Source: Girardia tigrina (taxonomy: Eukaryota). Taken from it: a stretch of DNA of 64,000 nucleotides. Of this stretch, positions 1 to 13,465 are shown in pieces. Below the pieces are notes generated by a model. The model saw nothing but the letters and a program-made list of their open reading frames with translations. It made no database searches and was not told the origin of the DNA. The stretch covers positions 16,680 to 80,679 of the forward strand of contig MQRK01251253.1 in assembly GCA_001938485.1 (NCBI GenBank), given 5' to 3'. Made by a program: the position numbers and the translations under genes. Position 1 is the stretch's first letter. Every line of letters starts with the position of its first letter.

Positions 1-102
1 ATATATATATTTATATATTTAAATAACTTATTAAATTTACTTTTAAAATCATTATTATAATTTTTATTGGTTTATCACAATGTATATGAAGATTTTTGAA
101 TC

Positions 103-328
103 GCGGATTCAGGAACATAATCTCAGGGAAAATGATAGCAATATTGCTCAACATAAAAAGAACTGTTTGTATAGTAAAGTTGATGTAAGTAATTTTAAGA
201 TTTTGTGCTCACAATTTGATAATTACTGGGAGAGGGCGATGTGTGAAGCATTGTTGATGAAATCTTTTGATCCTAAAATCAATGTCCAAGCACCATCCTC
301 TTCAACTTTATTGAAAGTATTTTCATGA
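103..328 (+). mobile_element. Penelope-like element (PLE) 3' fragment, C-terminal half of GIY-YIG endonuclease
   Basis: RIQEHN..SNIAQH..FKIL..NYWERAMCEALLMKSFDPKINVQ; near-identical to the end of the longer PLE copy at about 45930-46154. Confidence 0.8.
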
Positions 329-1095
329 TTTAATAAATGTTCTTTTTTTCTATTTTTCATTTAGTTCTCAATTACCTTCCGTAGCCTGTACATTAATTTA
401 TTTAGTAATGTTTATTGTTTTTATAAATATGGAAAATTTGTTAAATTAATAAAATAAAAGTAATAGAACGGCTACATTAATTATTTAAAACATTATAATT
501 CAAATATTGCAATAGTAAAACGTCCTTTTTCTATGTTAAAAATATTTTCATTGAATAATTTATTTCAATTGTGTCAATTTATCAAAAACCAAAAGAATAA
601 TTCATGATATAATAAAATCTGTCTTAAAAATATAATAAATTTGTTTGAGCTAATCGTGAAAAATAATTTATTTCTTTTGTATTTTATTAAAAATAGATTA
701 CAGAAATGTTTTTCTATAAGTAAAATGTTTCGTTTTTTTCTGGAATTAGTAACAATAACAATTTAAAAGATGTTTGGACTTGAAACTCTGTTTATCTTTT
801 CAATTATTTTAGAGAACCAAAATTAACCCTTTACGATTATTTAATAGATGATCGGTTTATATGAGTCGATCAATAAGGGTTTCAAATTTTAAGAAGTAAT
901 CATTCTTAGTTTTTAAAAGTTTAATTGACGTTTAAAAAGTTTTTAATCCTTTTTCAGAATTTTTTAAAGCTTAACAAAAAGAAAGAAAGTTTTTATAACA
1001 TACTTCAACTAATAAGTTGTAGGCGAAGAGTGTTAAACACGTTACCTAACTGTATTAACCAATCCAATCCTCAGTTGCCGGTCGCAACTGTGAGT

Positions 1096-1344
1096 ATGCC
1101 GAGGATACAGCCGAACGACGATGCCGAAGAGACGCACCTACAATACAGACTGCCAGTCGATTACAAGACTGCAAGAGGACAATTCAAGTGCCCATTTCGC
1201 GGTTGTTACGCGTCCACCGTAACAGCCAATGGCCTGTACGGCCATTGTACCAAGTTCCATGGTTGGTCCTTCGTTACCGACAAACCGACTGCTCAGAGGC
1301 GGAAGGCCACTGACCCCGTAGGAGGCCTATCAGGGGACCCTTAA
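1096..1344 (+). CDS. Small ORF (82 aa) with a C2H2-type zinc finger inside a GC-rich island; probably TE-derived (non-LTR-like)
   Basis: ATG at 1096; FKCPFRGCYASTVTANGLYGHCTKFH = C-x4-C-x12-H-x4-H; sharp GC increase 1021-1440 versus flanks. Confidence 0.4.
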   Translation: MPRIQPNDDAEETHLQYRLPVDYKTARGQFKCPFRGCYASTVTANGLYGHCTKFHGWSFVTDKPTAQRRKATDPVGGLSGDP

Positions 1345-1697
1345 GGACTTTAGTTTGGGTGGATCCTCTAAAGAGCCTTAGGCTCAATACCATTACAGAG
1401 ATGGGTGGTCCACCTAACTGTAACACCCTTTTCAGTTGCTTGAAAATCTTTAGTATTTATGTCTAAGTAAAAAAAGGATGTCATCTAATTTTATTTGCTT
1501 TTTAAAATCTATAAAAGTAGATTTTTTAATATCTATATTAAATATCTTTAAGAAAATTTAGCTAACTGTCTGAAGAATTTATCTTTAAATCTTCTTGTTG
1601 TCCTCTTAGACTCTAAGTGTCTCAAATACGAATTATATAACATATTTAATATGTTGTACAGATAGAAATATACCCAAATCTTAAAAATAAAATTATA

Positions 1698-2292
1698 TAT
1701 GTGACCAAAGCTGAGAAAAGAGACCACAAGTAGGAAACTGAGTTAAGAGTGCCGCGTTGTAGGTCTCATAATAGTTAACAACTGTGCAAAAAAATCATGC
1801 TGATATTCCATCATTTGACTCTTCTACAGATATTACAATGATCATATTCGTAAAAACTCGTTTTTGAGAAAATGCGAATTGAAACATTATGTTTTTTAAA
1901 ATCCTTATTTGGCACAATGCGTTTTAGACAGCAGCAGCAGTCTGAATAATGATTCACCTGACTTTAAATATTTTCACTGAAATTAAACATCATGACCGCT
2001 ATATATACCTAATTACAAAAAGTATTTTCCTCAGTATTGATATGATTTGTTAGCAAAAACATAATGGCCGACTTGTGGTCCCTTTTCACTCAGTCACTTG
2101 AAGTTGGTAGTTAAGGTCTATAAATAGGTCAGAACAACAAATGATGCATACTGTATTCAGGGGCAATGATTGACCTATTGAAATAGATAGAGGACTACTT
2201 TTGCCCCATTTTTGACCAATCCACTATTACAAGCGATTTCTGGGCTTTTTGTGCAGTGACTTGTGGTCCCTTTCCTCAGCTGCGGTCACATA
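1698..2292. mobile_element. MITE / non-autonomous DNA element with about 34-bp terminal inverted repeats
   Basis: Left tatgtgaccaaagctgagaaaagagaccacaagt; right end reverse-complements to tatgtgaccgcagctgaggaaagggaccacaagt; TA-rich flanks; internal partial copy acttgtggtccctttt near 2071. Confidence 0.75.
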
Positions 2293-5125
2293 TAATCTTT
2301 GACTTATTTTTCTGATCTTGAATTGATACTGTACAATTTAATAAAAACACTTAAGAAAATAAAGATTAAATAAATGAGTTTGTTAACATATTTAACAAAC
2401 TATTTCATGACAAAAGTATCTTGAGCATAGTTAGAAATTATAACACAAACTATTATTATTATTATTATTATTGTAAATGTACATTTTCATTTTTTATTTT
2501 GTGTGTCATAATTTTTTTATTATAACTTAAATTTATTTTTCAACATTAAGACGTTGGATTGGTATCCAGATAAATATACAAATATACGCATCGAGGCAAA
2601 TTAAAATCAATAAAAAATCAACAACAAAAACGAATTAATAATATTAGATATTATATAATATCTGCAACAATCTGAATTTTAACCCTGTTCGAGAATAATT
2701 CCTTGTAAATAATAAAACCAATCAATTCAGTCGCGAAACAAATTATTTTGCTTTAATCCGAATTGATAATTTTCGTTCTGTGATTAATTGTTACTGTAAC
2801 TATATCGTTCAGTCGTTAAGACAATTATATTGTTTAATTTTCTGCACAACTAAGGTTATCAAAAAAGGAATTTCTTTTTGATCAGCTTAGTTTAGTTTGT
2901 TGTGTAACCGTTTTTTTTAGTCTTGTAAAAGTAACAATAATATCATATCAGTAGATTGATCAGAGTTGTTACTTTTACAAATATTATTATTATTATTATT
3001 ATTATTATTAAATATAATATTCTCAGTCAATTACGATGTTTTTTATGTTGATTATTATAATTAAGAAAATAAATAAATGATTGACAAAAATGTCTCCATA
3101 TAAATTAATTTAATTAGGTTTTCAATATAATTAATGATGTTCCATAGTAAAGAAAATATTTTTAATTAATTTTAATTATTAAACTTCAGTACCTTTCAAT
3201 AATATATTTCAACTGTTTAAAACAATTGTACTGTTTATTTTTTTAAAATATTTTTACATTTATTTTAATTATTAAAATAATTTTTTTGATTAAACTTTTG
3301 TTTTTCAATAAACACACTTTTAAAACTGAGTATTATTGATTATTTTTGCAATTTTATTGATTGGAATCAAATTAATACGTGATATCGCCCAGTGAATCGA
3401 AAATATAAAAAACTTTTCAAATGAGAAAAAAAATATTTTTTCAAATTTTTCTAAAAGAAATAACGAAAGAGAAACGAGAAGATTTCATTACTTATTTCTC
3501 ATCATTAAATAAGTAAATTATTTTTTTTAATTCTTAAAAACATGTCAAATTGTTTGTTTAAATCAATAGACAAAAATATTGATAATATAAATAATTAATA
3601 AAATAATTTGTGAGGTTTTTCAAATAATGCATTTTATGAAATTATTTAGAACTAAACATTTATATTTTAAAAAAATGTAACCTACAGAGGAAGTCATAAA
3701 AGTCCAAAGTTTTAATTACTAACAATGTTTATTATATAAATTATAAAAACATATAAAATATATATTCACAAATATTCGAAATGTTTTGTCTAAGATTTCT
3801 TATGACATGACATCCAAACATCTGTAGCCTTTTATATTGTTTCTTGACTGAATATCCTTCAAAAATGTTTGAACCCCCGTAAGTTCATAACTCATAATTG
3901 CTTTACGGAGAGCTAATTGTACTTCTTGTAGTAATATTTCGAAAAATGATTAGCCAAAACATTTAAATCTCAACTGTTGTTGGGATGGTAGAAATAATGT
4001 TTGGTACATTCCTTTTGAAGCCAAAAAGCTGATTCATTATATGTGAGTTGTTTATTCTTATTTTCTAACTTGTATCAAGTTGTGAATTTAAATTACATTC
4101 AAATTAATGTTATAAAGTAGAAGTAAAAATTAAAGAGACAAAATTTTGTTAAAAGTAAATTTAGTTTTGTAAAATTAAAAATAAGAAATAATAATTCATA
4201 TGTTTGTTAAAAAATTTGAAGTTGAGTTTTTATTGTCTAAGAAAAAAATTAAAAGTTAATTATGTCAATATTATCAGTCATAAATAGCACAAATAAATAA
4301 TTTTTATCACAAACAAACTCAAACAATTGTATTAGTTCCTTTTAATAATCAATTCGCGGATATTTATTTTGAGATAATCTTTTCACTTCTTCCTGATTAA
4401 TTTTTTAAAAGCTCAAAATTATTATTTTCAAAAACTATAATATTATCTAAATTATATTTTTTTAAAATGCTATTACAAAAATTGATTTTATCAAAATTAT
4501 CAGAATTAGAAATATCAGCGATCAACTATTTCTGTGATAATTTTAGATCATTCTTTTGTCATAAATTCGAAAATTATCCTCTTCAATCGGACAAATCAAT
4601 ATTTTTGAGATTGTGTCGCTTGTCGTGCCATTATCGAGATGCTATAGTCAATCTTTACCAATCGACAGAAAATAAATTTATCCAATAACAATTGTAACGT
4701 AATTTTGGTCATTTTTATTCTGCCTTTTATCGATTTATTATTTCTATTGTATGTTATAAATTTCAGCCATTAATTGTAATTAAATATATAAATCTATCAT
4801 TACTAAAATTTTATTATTTTTTTATAAAAACTACGTATTAATAAAAATAGGTTCGGAGATTTTGTAGTAATTGGCAATATCTTTTAGCTTATTTCTATTA
4901 AATACAATTTTGAAAGATACATTTCATCAGATTTTCCAAATTACCTGCTATTGTTCCATTCTTTTCATTAGCTTGCTTCCGCTAAAAATAGATCCTTTAA
5001 TCTAAGAATAGCACTCCAAATATTTCAAATGTTATAATTGGTTGTTGAATAGACGTATAATATGCATTCATTTAACATATTATTCATTTCTCCGAGTATC
5101 GCAGTCATAATCTTAGTTGTGTGAA

Positions 5126-5955
5126 ATGGGGAAGAAATGTGATCTTTTTCCAACTGTTTGTCCTCAAATTCCATTTTACATCAAGCAGGGCATTCCCAAA
5201 TACAGATTACCTCACGTCTCCAATATTTCTCAATCAGTGCTTAGCAAGGCTCCCATATGAATTCGTGACAGTTTTCTCAGCCGACGAAAATGGGGACGTT
5301 CTCAAGTAACAACTAGGCGTGATGATTCGGCTACTCGTTGGGCTGCCATTTCTCATCCACTATCCTCTGCATCTGAAATTGCTGACGGTTGCCTTTGGAA
5401 AGTCTGGTGAGTCTAAGAACAATTCGACGACGATTTTCTAATGAATTGTGTTTAAAGCAACGAAGCCACGGCTCTCAGAAAATAATATTCTTGATCGCAG
5501 TATCTTTTGTCGAAAGTATGCACCTTGGACAAGTGAACAATGGAATCATGTCTTATTTACTGCCGAGGTTTACATAAAGTAATTTCAGATTCACCATGGG
5601 AGTATTCGACGACCTCCTAATTAACGGTACAATCAATGATTTACAATCCACTGTGTGAAATATTCACAATCTCTGATGGTGTGGGGCTCCATCTGTGCTG
5701 CAGGACCTCAAGGTCTATGAATCCAACCACAGAACACTATCAACAATTCACACGGATATCTTACGATACTCAGTTACTCACTTCTTGGCAGGATGCAGCA
5801 TGGGAACTGGCAGCTTTTGGTGCAAGACGGGCACCATGTCATACAGTCAAGATTGTCAAGTGATGGCTTCAGGACAATGGTGTGAACCTCATTGTACCCT
5901 GGTCTTGGTCATCTTCAGTTCTAAACCCTATAGAAAACTGTTGGGATATGGTCAA
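5126..5955 (+). mobile_element. Degenerate Tc1-family (DD34E-type) transposase
   Basis: Frame-broken motifs MGKKCDL, WTSEQWNHVLF, VKYSQSLMVWG, QDG..CHTVKIVK, LNPIENCW. Confidence 0.75.
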
Positions 5956-7758
5956 TGTAGAAATAAATACTCGAATTGGATAAGTCAAAGATCAACAAAT
6001 GAGTATTTATTTCTACTAACAAAAAAAGTAATTAATTTCTTATGTATAACTACAATATCACGAATAAAAAAAACTAGAGAACGGGAGACAATAATAAATA
6101 GAAATTACTCTGTCAATGAATATCGAAATATGATCGGTTAGAATTTATTGCCACTAGATTCGATTGTGAGGAAGAATTTCAATAAATAGATGGTTCGTAT
6201 TTAGATCATCAAAATAGTCTAAGAATGACGGAAATGATAAAATTGTTTTCCCGGAGTTGATCGGCAAGGTCTGAGTTATTCTTAATGAAACATGGTTTGA
6301 TTTGTTGAACGACAAGTAATGGCTTTGAATGATTGAAGTTACACGGATAAAATCCTGATAATTATTCGACAAGGTATTTGGATCAACGATGTCGCATTAA
6401 CTGAGTCCTACGACTAATATTTTTTAAATTTTTGTGATCAATTTCATTTTTATTGATTTTCAATTATTATTCGCTATTATTATTTCCGCATTATTTTCTT
6501 CATTAGTTAAATCATATTCGAGAACATTTTTAATATCCATATTTAAGTTGCCTTCACTTAAAGATTTTTCATCGTTACCGAATACTTTCACTTTATTTTA
6601 ACTGATTAGGATAAATTACTAATTCATCGTCTGCTTCATAGAAATGATCATCACTCTCATTATTATTTGAAACTTTAGGAGATATTAATAAAAAAATAAA
6701 TCACAAATGAAAATATAAACATTCCCGCCGTTATACTAACTAAAAGAATAATAAAAAACAAAAATAAATAATCACATGTTGTCAGAGTATGTACAACTCG
6801 CGTAAAAAGACAAAGGTCACAAACAAAAAAATATACAACACATGTGAAAAACAATGGCGAAAGCTGAGACACATACAAAAGAAATAAAGGGTAGATATAA
6901 AGTAGGACACTACAGTCAAGGATGCCATTTTTAAGAAAAAACCATTATCTATTGCTGATCTTTGAGTTAAGATTCAAGAGATATGGAATTTCTCGATAAC
7001 TACTGACTTGTGCAAGAAGTTGGCAAATTCAATGCCTCGAATAATTCAAAAGGCTCTTTGAATTACTCCTCATATTAACATTCATTTTACTATATTGAAT
7101 ACACATTGTGTTTCATTTCATGTCTGTTTTACACATGTTTTGTTGATTTGAATATGAAAATTGCTTAAAAATTCTATTATTCTAAAGTTTTGGCCAAGGC
7201 TGTATATTCTAACACCGAGTAAATGAAGAGTTTTAAATCACAGAACAAGTAAAAGTAGTCCCAGGAATTCAGCCTGTTTTTGCGGATCAAGAATAAGGTT
7301 CTATAATCAATGAGACTGCCGATTTCCGGAATTCGACTCTTTAATATGAATATTTGGTTGTAAATTAATCAATTGAAAAATATAATCAAATAAACTATAA
7401 TTAGTAAGAAATTTAAAAATATTTTCTTTATGAAAAATATCAAAAATTAAAAAAAAACATTATGACGAATAAAAAAAATAATTACAGGACATCATTTTAA
7501 TTTATAGTCACATAAATTGATTAATTAATCACTTACTTAGTAAATTGTTTAATTGATTCATCTGTTGTCATCGGTTTAACTCTATTTTTTTAAATTTCAT
7601 CTAAAAAATCGTTTGCAAGATTTGCAGCAAATACAGGAACAAACAAACCGACGAAGTTGATATGAGTGTGGTAAAAATAATTAATTTATATTACATGTTT
7701 TGTTAATTTTTTATCGTATAATTAATTTGAGTTAATAATGAAGTATATTTATTGTGAG

Positions 7759-8208
7759 TATTAACAACATCACAATTTGAATGCAAACATTTATTTACAA
7801 CACAAACAGATTCTTCACAACAATTTTCAGTGGTCATCTTTCTATGATTGATATAGTTTTTGATTAAATATTCAAATATGAAAAAATCAATGAATGGGAA
7901 ATTTTAATATTACATTTTAATTTCTCATAATTTTATGGGATAAAAAGACATTATGTAATTTTTTAAATAAATATTAATTTTTAAAATAAATTAAATTTAA
8001 TAAGTTAAAATCGTTTACTGAAAATATTAATAAAATTCATAATTATCAAACTTTAATTAATAAGTACTTAAAATTAATATCATTAAATTAATTTCATTAG
8101 ATTCAAATAATTAATCAAATAACATATNAATCCCATCTGAGTAGGAGAGTCACAAATCTAAACAGCATACAAACAACAAACTTACAACATACCAAATTAT
8201 CCCTCACA
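7759..8208 (-). mobile_element. Solo LTR (Gypsy family A), 450 bp, 5'-TG...TA-3'
   Basis: Perfect 5-bp TSD gtgag (7754-7758 / 8209-8213); same sequence follows the PPT of the Gypsy remnant at 37814; near-identical copies at 11059 and 53110. Confidence 0.85.
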
Positions 8209-8360
8209 GTGAGATTGTTGTTATTTTAATAATTGTGCATAAATTCTAGTAAGACAACACCTGTGAATAGAAATAATGATTTTAAGTTTCATTTTAATAT
8301 TTATTATTATNNNNNNNNNNNNNNNNNNNNNNNNNNNNNNNNNNNNNNNNNNNNNNNNNN

Positions 8361-8394
<34 letters not shown>

Positions 8395-9119
8395 CGATAT
8401 ATTTTTGGTTATATTTTTACTGATTACTTTAATATCTTTAATCTATCTTATATATAAACATAATTATATTTTCTTCTTAAAGTCTAATAAAATCTTTGAA
8501 GACAAATAATTTATGTCAAATTTTATTAAAGATTTACCATTTAAATCTGAAATAAAATGTATTGATATAAATTTAAATTTCTCATGTAATTGTTTGCTTT
8601 TATTTTTTAAAAATGAATAAAATATTTTCTTAATAAAAATTAAAAATTTAATTCCTGTAAAATTGCTGTAAACACAAATGTCATAAAACTTTAGGTAATT
8701 TAAAGGAAAATTCACGATTTCCTTTTACTGCTTTTATTAAAATCCCAAATAATAGTGAATTCACTACAGAATCGGAAGTACTCACAAACTTCCTTTTCTT
8801 GGCATCTTGAGTCTAGAATGAATGGGATATATCAAATTGAATGATACAGAAAAACAAGTGATTTCTACACAACACATGTTCACAAAAAAACGGTAGATCA
8901 CAACATTAAGGGTACATTGAAGAGTTACATATACAAATACGGGTTAAGAAATGTCTAAAGGAAAAAAAAACACTTAAGAGCGCAATGGAATCATCAATGT
9001 ACAATCAATCATTCTTAAGAATTAAAGCCTTTGTTCCGCCCGACACTCAGGTTGCCCCGAGAATCGGACGGAGGTAACAGGGTTGCGCAGGGAAACTTTC
9101 TCGATGTGCTGGGCCCATT

Positions 9120-9377
9120 TTATTTGATCCGACTAATGGGATTATTCATATTGGGATTCTCCAATCTCATACAAATGGCAATTAATGATGCTTTGGCATT
9201 GACCAATCGATTGATCATTTCGTGAGGAAGCGCAAATGAAATATCGAAATATTGACACAAAAATGTCTCGTATTGCAAGAGTGCCAGACACAGTTGTTCG
9301 AGGGCCGACAATTGCATTTCTTTAGCACCACCTCGAAGCCAATTTAATAACAAGTAAGGCAACTCGACTTCCTCCAT
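9120..9377 (-). other. Orphan 85-aa ORF in a GC-enriched block, function unknown
   Basis: MEEVELPYLLLNWLRGGAKEMQLSALEQLCLALLQYETFLCQY...; balanced amino-acid usage unlike AT-noise ORFs; no motif recognised. Confidence 0.25.
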
Positions 9378-9726
9378 TAATATTTCTTGTTAATATCAAT
9401 TTGTCAAAATCAAAATCTCCAAAAGAAAAGATAAGGTAAATGAATCAATTTTATTTTCAAATTTTCATCTTTAATATCATTTAATCTAATAAAAAAATTC
9501 ATCTTTTTCACATAATCCAATTAATTTCTTAATAAAAACTAATTTTAATAATAATAGCTTTTAGAAATAATAGTTTTTTTACAATCTTTTCACATAAACC
9601 CACAAATTCATTTTTAAATAAAAACACAATCAGAATCACAAAAAAGGTTTTTTTATCAGTTTTTTAAAGGCAAGTGAGGAAAGCGCAGGATCTATTCAAT
9701 ATACACACACAGACACACAGAGACAT

Positions 9727-9759
<33 letters not shown>

Positions 9760-10419
9760 GATAGATAATTAATTAATTTGTAATATCAATAAGTAAAATA
9801 ATTGAATCCCGAACAGCATTTAATAAGATTGTTTGCAAAATTATAAGTAGCGTAAAAAGGGCATCAATAGGATGTTCAAAATTCAAAGCTTTCTTTCAAA
9901 CAAATTGAAAAAGATTAGTTGATTGCAAGCTAATAAATTAATAAATTAAAAATAAATTAATGGTTAATAATTTTAATTGTCACGATTTTAAAAACTCGTA
10001 CATTTGAAAGGGACCTTGTTACTTGGTAATCTGTGCGAGCCAGTTAAACATACTTTCGCGTAGTTTCCCAGAGAAACTAGAAGGAGGGTTTCAGTCCGTC
10101 TCTAGTAGAAAGTATCTGAAAGATAGCCGAGCTACTGTATGTCAGCTGTCTGTCACTGCATGTGAAATCCTTGGAGCTGATGGGTCGTTTGAGTACAACT
10201 GTGAAGAATGTTGAACTCAGGGTAGATGGCAAAATAACTTTGAGATGATACGTGATGAATCAATCAGGTTGAATAATTATGCGATCAAGCTTGGAATATG
10301 ACTGAACAGTATTGTGATGAAATCTGTTAAGTTCAATCATTCGGATAGAGCAGTATGAAGGTAATATCAGCATCCTGGGTCTCCTTTCAGGCCTTTATTA
10401 AAATTAATTTTACTAATTT

Positions 10420-10920
10420 CCTAACATAATACCTTACAAGATGTGAAAATTACATTTGGATGATAAATAATCATCTCAAAACCCGGATAGTCAGCATTTA
10501 TAGGTTCTTGATCATTGATTGAATTAAAAAATATTTTCAAAGGATGAGTTTTCTGTTTTACAGAATGACTTTGATTCATATTTTGAGTAGCATTTCTCTT
10601 AATCACTATTAATGAGACACTACAACCCATTATTAACAATTCGGAATGAATAAAGTAGAGTCATTTCAAATCTTAAAATCTTTAATTAAAATTTAAAACA
10701 TTTTGCCATTATTATCCAATAATATATTTAATAATAAAAATAAATGAAAAAATCTTTCTTAAAAATAACATTGTATAAAAGTAACATTAAACGAACAAAC
10801 ATTAAATTATAATTGCAGATGAAAAGGTCGGAAACTTCTAAATGTGTTCAATAATAACTTTCTTAAAAAAGCTTTAACAAAATTATTTTTAATAAATATC
10901 AAATTAGCGTTCTAGTGACT
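10420..10920 (+). mobile_element. Old PLE 3' fragment (second family) with decayed pLTR/hammerhead
   Basis: Collinear with 32100-32620 (YIGETNRHLKTRI-like remnant, gacactacaac..aaaatctttaattaaa, aacaaaattattttt tail). Confidence 0.55.
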
Positions 10921-11058
10921 CAATAATAAGTTTCATACAAAATTATCAACAATTGTAATTTGAAAAATATTTGTATATTGATTTAAAGTCTTAGTTTTTA
11001 ATCTAACAATTTTTAAATTTATATTTTTTTCAAAATTGTATAGAATATTAATGGTATA

Positions 11059-11508
11059 TATTAACAACATCACAATTTGAATGCAAACATTTATTTACAA
11101 CACAAACAGATTCTTCACAACAATTTTCAGAGGTCATCTTTCTTTGATTGATACAGTTTTGGATTACATATTCAAATCTAAAAAATCAATGAATGGGAAA
11201 TTTTGATTATTACATTTTAATTTCTCATAATTTTATTGGATAAAAAGACATTATGTAATTTTTTAAATAAACATTAATTTTTAAAATATATTAAACTTAA
11301 TAAGTTAAAATCGTTTACTGAAAATATTAATAAAATTCATAATTATGAAACTTTAATTAATTAGTACTTAAAATTAATATCATTAAATTAATTTCATTAG
11401 ATTCAAATAATTAATCAATAAACATATCAATCCCATCTGAGTAGGAGAGTCACAAATCTAAACAGCATACAAAAAACAAACTTACAACATTCCAAATTAT
11501 CCCTCACA
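11059..11508 (-). mobile_element. Solo LTR (Gypsy family A), TG...TA
   Basis: Perfect TSD gtata (11054-11058 / 11509-11513); near-identical to 7759-8208. Confidence 0.85.
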
Positions 11509-13105
11509 GTATAAAACGATCTCGGTCAAGTTCAATTAATTTACTGAAATTGTTTTACCCAGTAAACCATTGGAAATGATAAAATCGAGATTATTAACTG
11601 AATATATAGTGTAACAAACTGATGAGCTGATGAAAGATGATATGAAGGATTAATACGACTATAAAAAGAAGCAGTGAGAGATAAATGTAGTTATGTTACT
11701 TAATTCGGAAATGATCTCTGAGAATATCTTTTCCAAAGGTTTTCGATTCTTCTTTTGTTGTATTTTTTTTTGCTTTGGATGACAAAATTTGGACAACATG
11801 AAAGTTACTATCAGGGAGATGGATTTCTATATTTTACTACTTAAAACGATCGTTGAGGAACGGAATTTATTTTTTTTCTATTTGAGTGTTGATTGAGTTG
11901 TTAAAATATTGTTAATAAACCTGTTTTCACACTAAAAAAAATTCTTTGAAATTAGTTATATATTTCTTTTTTATTAAATCCAATTTAAATGTTTGATTTT
12001 TTATTCAATAGGGATATTGATTTTTTAATTTTCTATAATTTTTAATTATTATTATATAAGAATGGCGAAGGAAAAAATTTTTTGTATTTTTTTCAAGTTC
12101 TTGATTAAATTTTCGTTCTCTTTTGGTACTCTTTTATGATATAATAAAAAAGAATAAAATTTAACAATAGTAAAACATAAAAAATCCAAACACAAATTTT
12201 TTGCTACAAATGAAAGGATAGGTAAATAGCTCATGACCAAAATTAGCTAGGTGTAGATCACAACTTACGAAGGAAGATTTAACAGATATTAAGGATAATT
12301 TTTTATTGTTTAATTAAATATTTTAAAAACTCAAATGACTTTACCTATTTCGAATGGGTTGTAGGGACTCATCAATAATAATTTACAGAACTACCACTCA
12401 TAATTTGAATCAAAGCCCTTTCGTAAAACAGAAAATTTATCCTTGGAAACAGAAGAGATTCTATTTTTACAATTGAACTGTGAGGGTTGTTTGTGAATAA
12501 TGTATTATGTTATAAAATGTGTGGTGCTGAGTATGTTGTCTCTTCCAAAAATAATTGCCAACCGTTAACTTATTAAAATAAAATAATAAAAACAAATTCG
12601 ATTATAACTAAAAAAATACGAATTAATTTGGAAAAACAGGAAATTAAATTAAATACATAATTTGTTTTAATATCGTAGTTTTGGCAGTTATTTTAAATCT
12701 ATTTTTACGATTAAAGATTTGCAATGACTTAATATTGCACATAATGACGAATATTCCAATAATTTCAAAGAAAGTCACTTGATATAGGTGAAGAACAGGA
12801 GTGAAGAATTTTTATCAATGGGGATTTCTGCAGGCCAGTCTTGCTAGTCTTGTGAGTATAGAGGTGTATTGAAGGACATAAGATAGATTCACTGATTTTT
12901 TAAATATACATTTTCGTTGCTTTAGTATTTTCATAAGAGTTAAAGAATCTTACTTTAACTACAATTTCTTCATCTTGCTGGGTTGCTCACTTGAACCGCA
13001 CCATAAAATTTTAAAACCTTGTATGTTTTAAACTGCCTTCTATTATCTATACTTATCATAACTTTTAATAATCACAATTTTTATAACATTCAATAAATGT
13101 TTGTT

Positions 13106-13111
13106 TTTATT
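13106..13111 (-). terminator. Candidate polyadenylation signal AATAAA of the prohormone-4-like gene
   Basis: Minus-strand AATAAA about 155 nt after the stop codon; weak evidence because the DNA is AT-rich. Confidence 0.25.
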
Positions 13112-13265
13112 GTGTTCTCTTCAATTCATACTCAACATGAAGAAATAAAAATTCAATTGCAAATATATCATAACATAGAAAGAAAAGCAAACAAATGCCA
13201 ACAAAAGATCTATATTTCATTTAAGAAACATCTTTGATAATTGTATTATAATCTTCCTTTTTGAT

Positions 13266-13465
13266 TCATATATTTTTAATGAATCCAGTTTTAACAATTC
13301 TTGAAAATAGCAGATATAAATCTGTCCAGGCTCTTTCGGGCATGTCCATTAACAGGAGATCAACCTGTCGACCATCACGGACAGCTTCCATCACCTTTTT
13401 AACATTATTATATTGAGTAGGATTTAAATCAATACTCTTTGCAAAATCACTTATTGTTGGGCTTT
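13266..13465 (-). CDS. Prohormone-4-like, last coding exon
   Basis: Acceptor tttttcag|aa; (E)SPTISDFAKSIDLNPTQYNNVKKVMEAVRDGRQVDLLLMDMPERAWTDLYLLFSRIVKTGFIKNI*; TGA at 13268-13266. Confidence 0.88.

Noticed and set aside
1071-1095. gccggtcgcaa resembling the twister ribozyme GCCGGUCCCAAGCC segment
   Set aside because: The remaining twister elements and pseudoknot partners are not present; it is a simple hairpin
8276-8509. ORFs containing IYIYIY or X runs (also 26068, 36100, 40407, 44638-44910)
   Set aside because: Artefacts of (TA)n microsatellites and N gaps
11619-11640. ctgatgagctgatgaaag as a hammerhead core
   Set aside because: No stem II or flanking stem pairing
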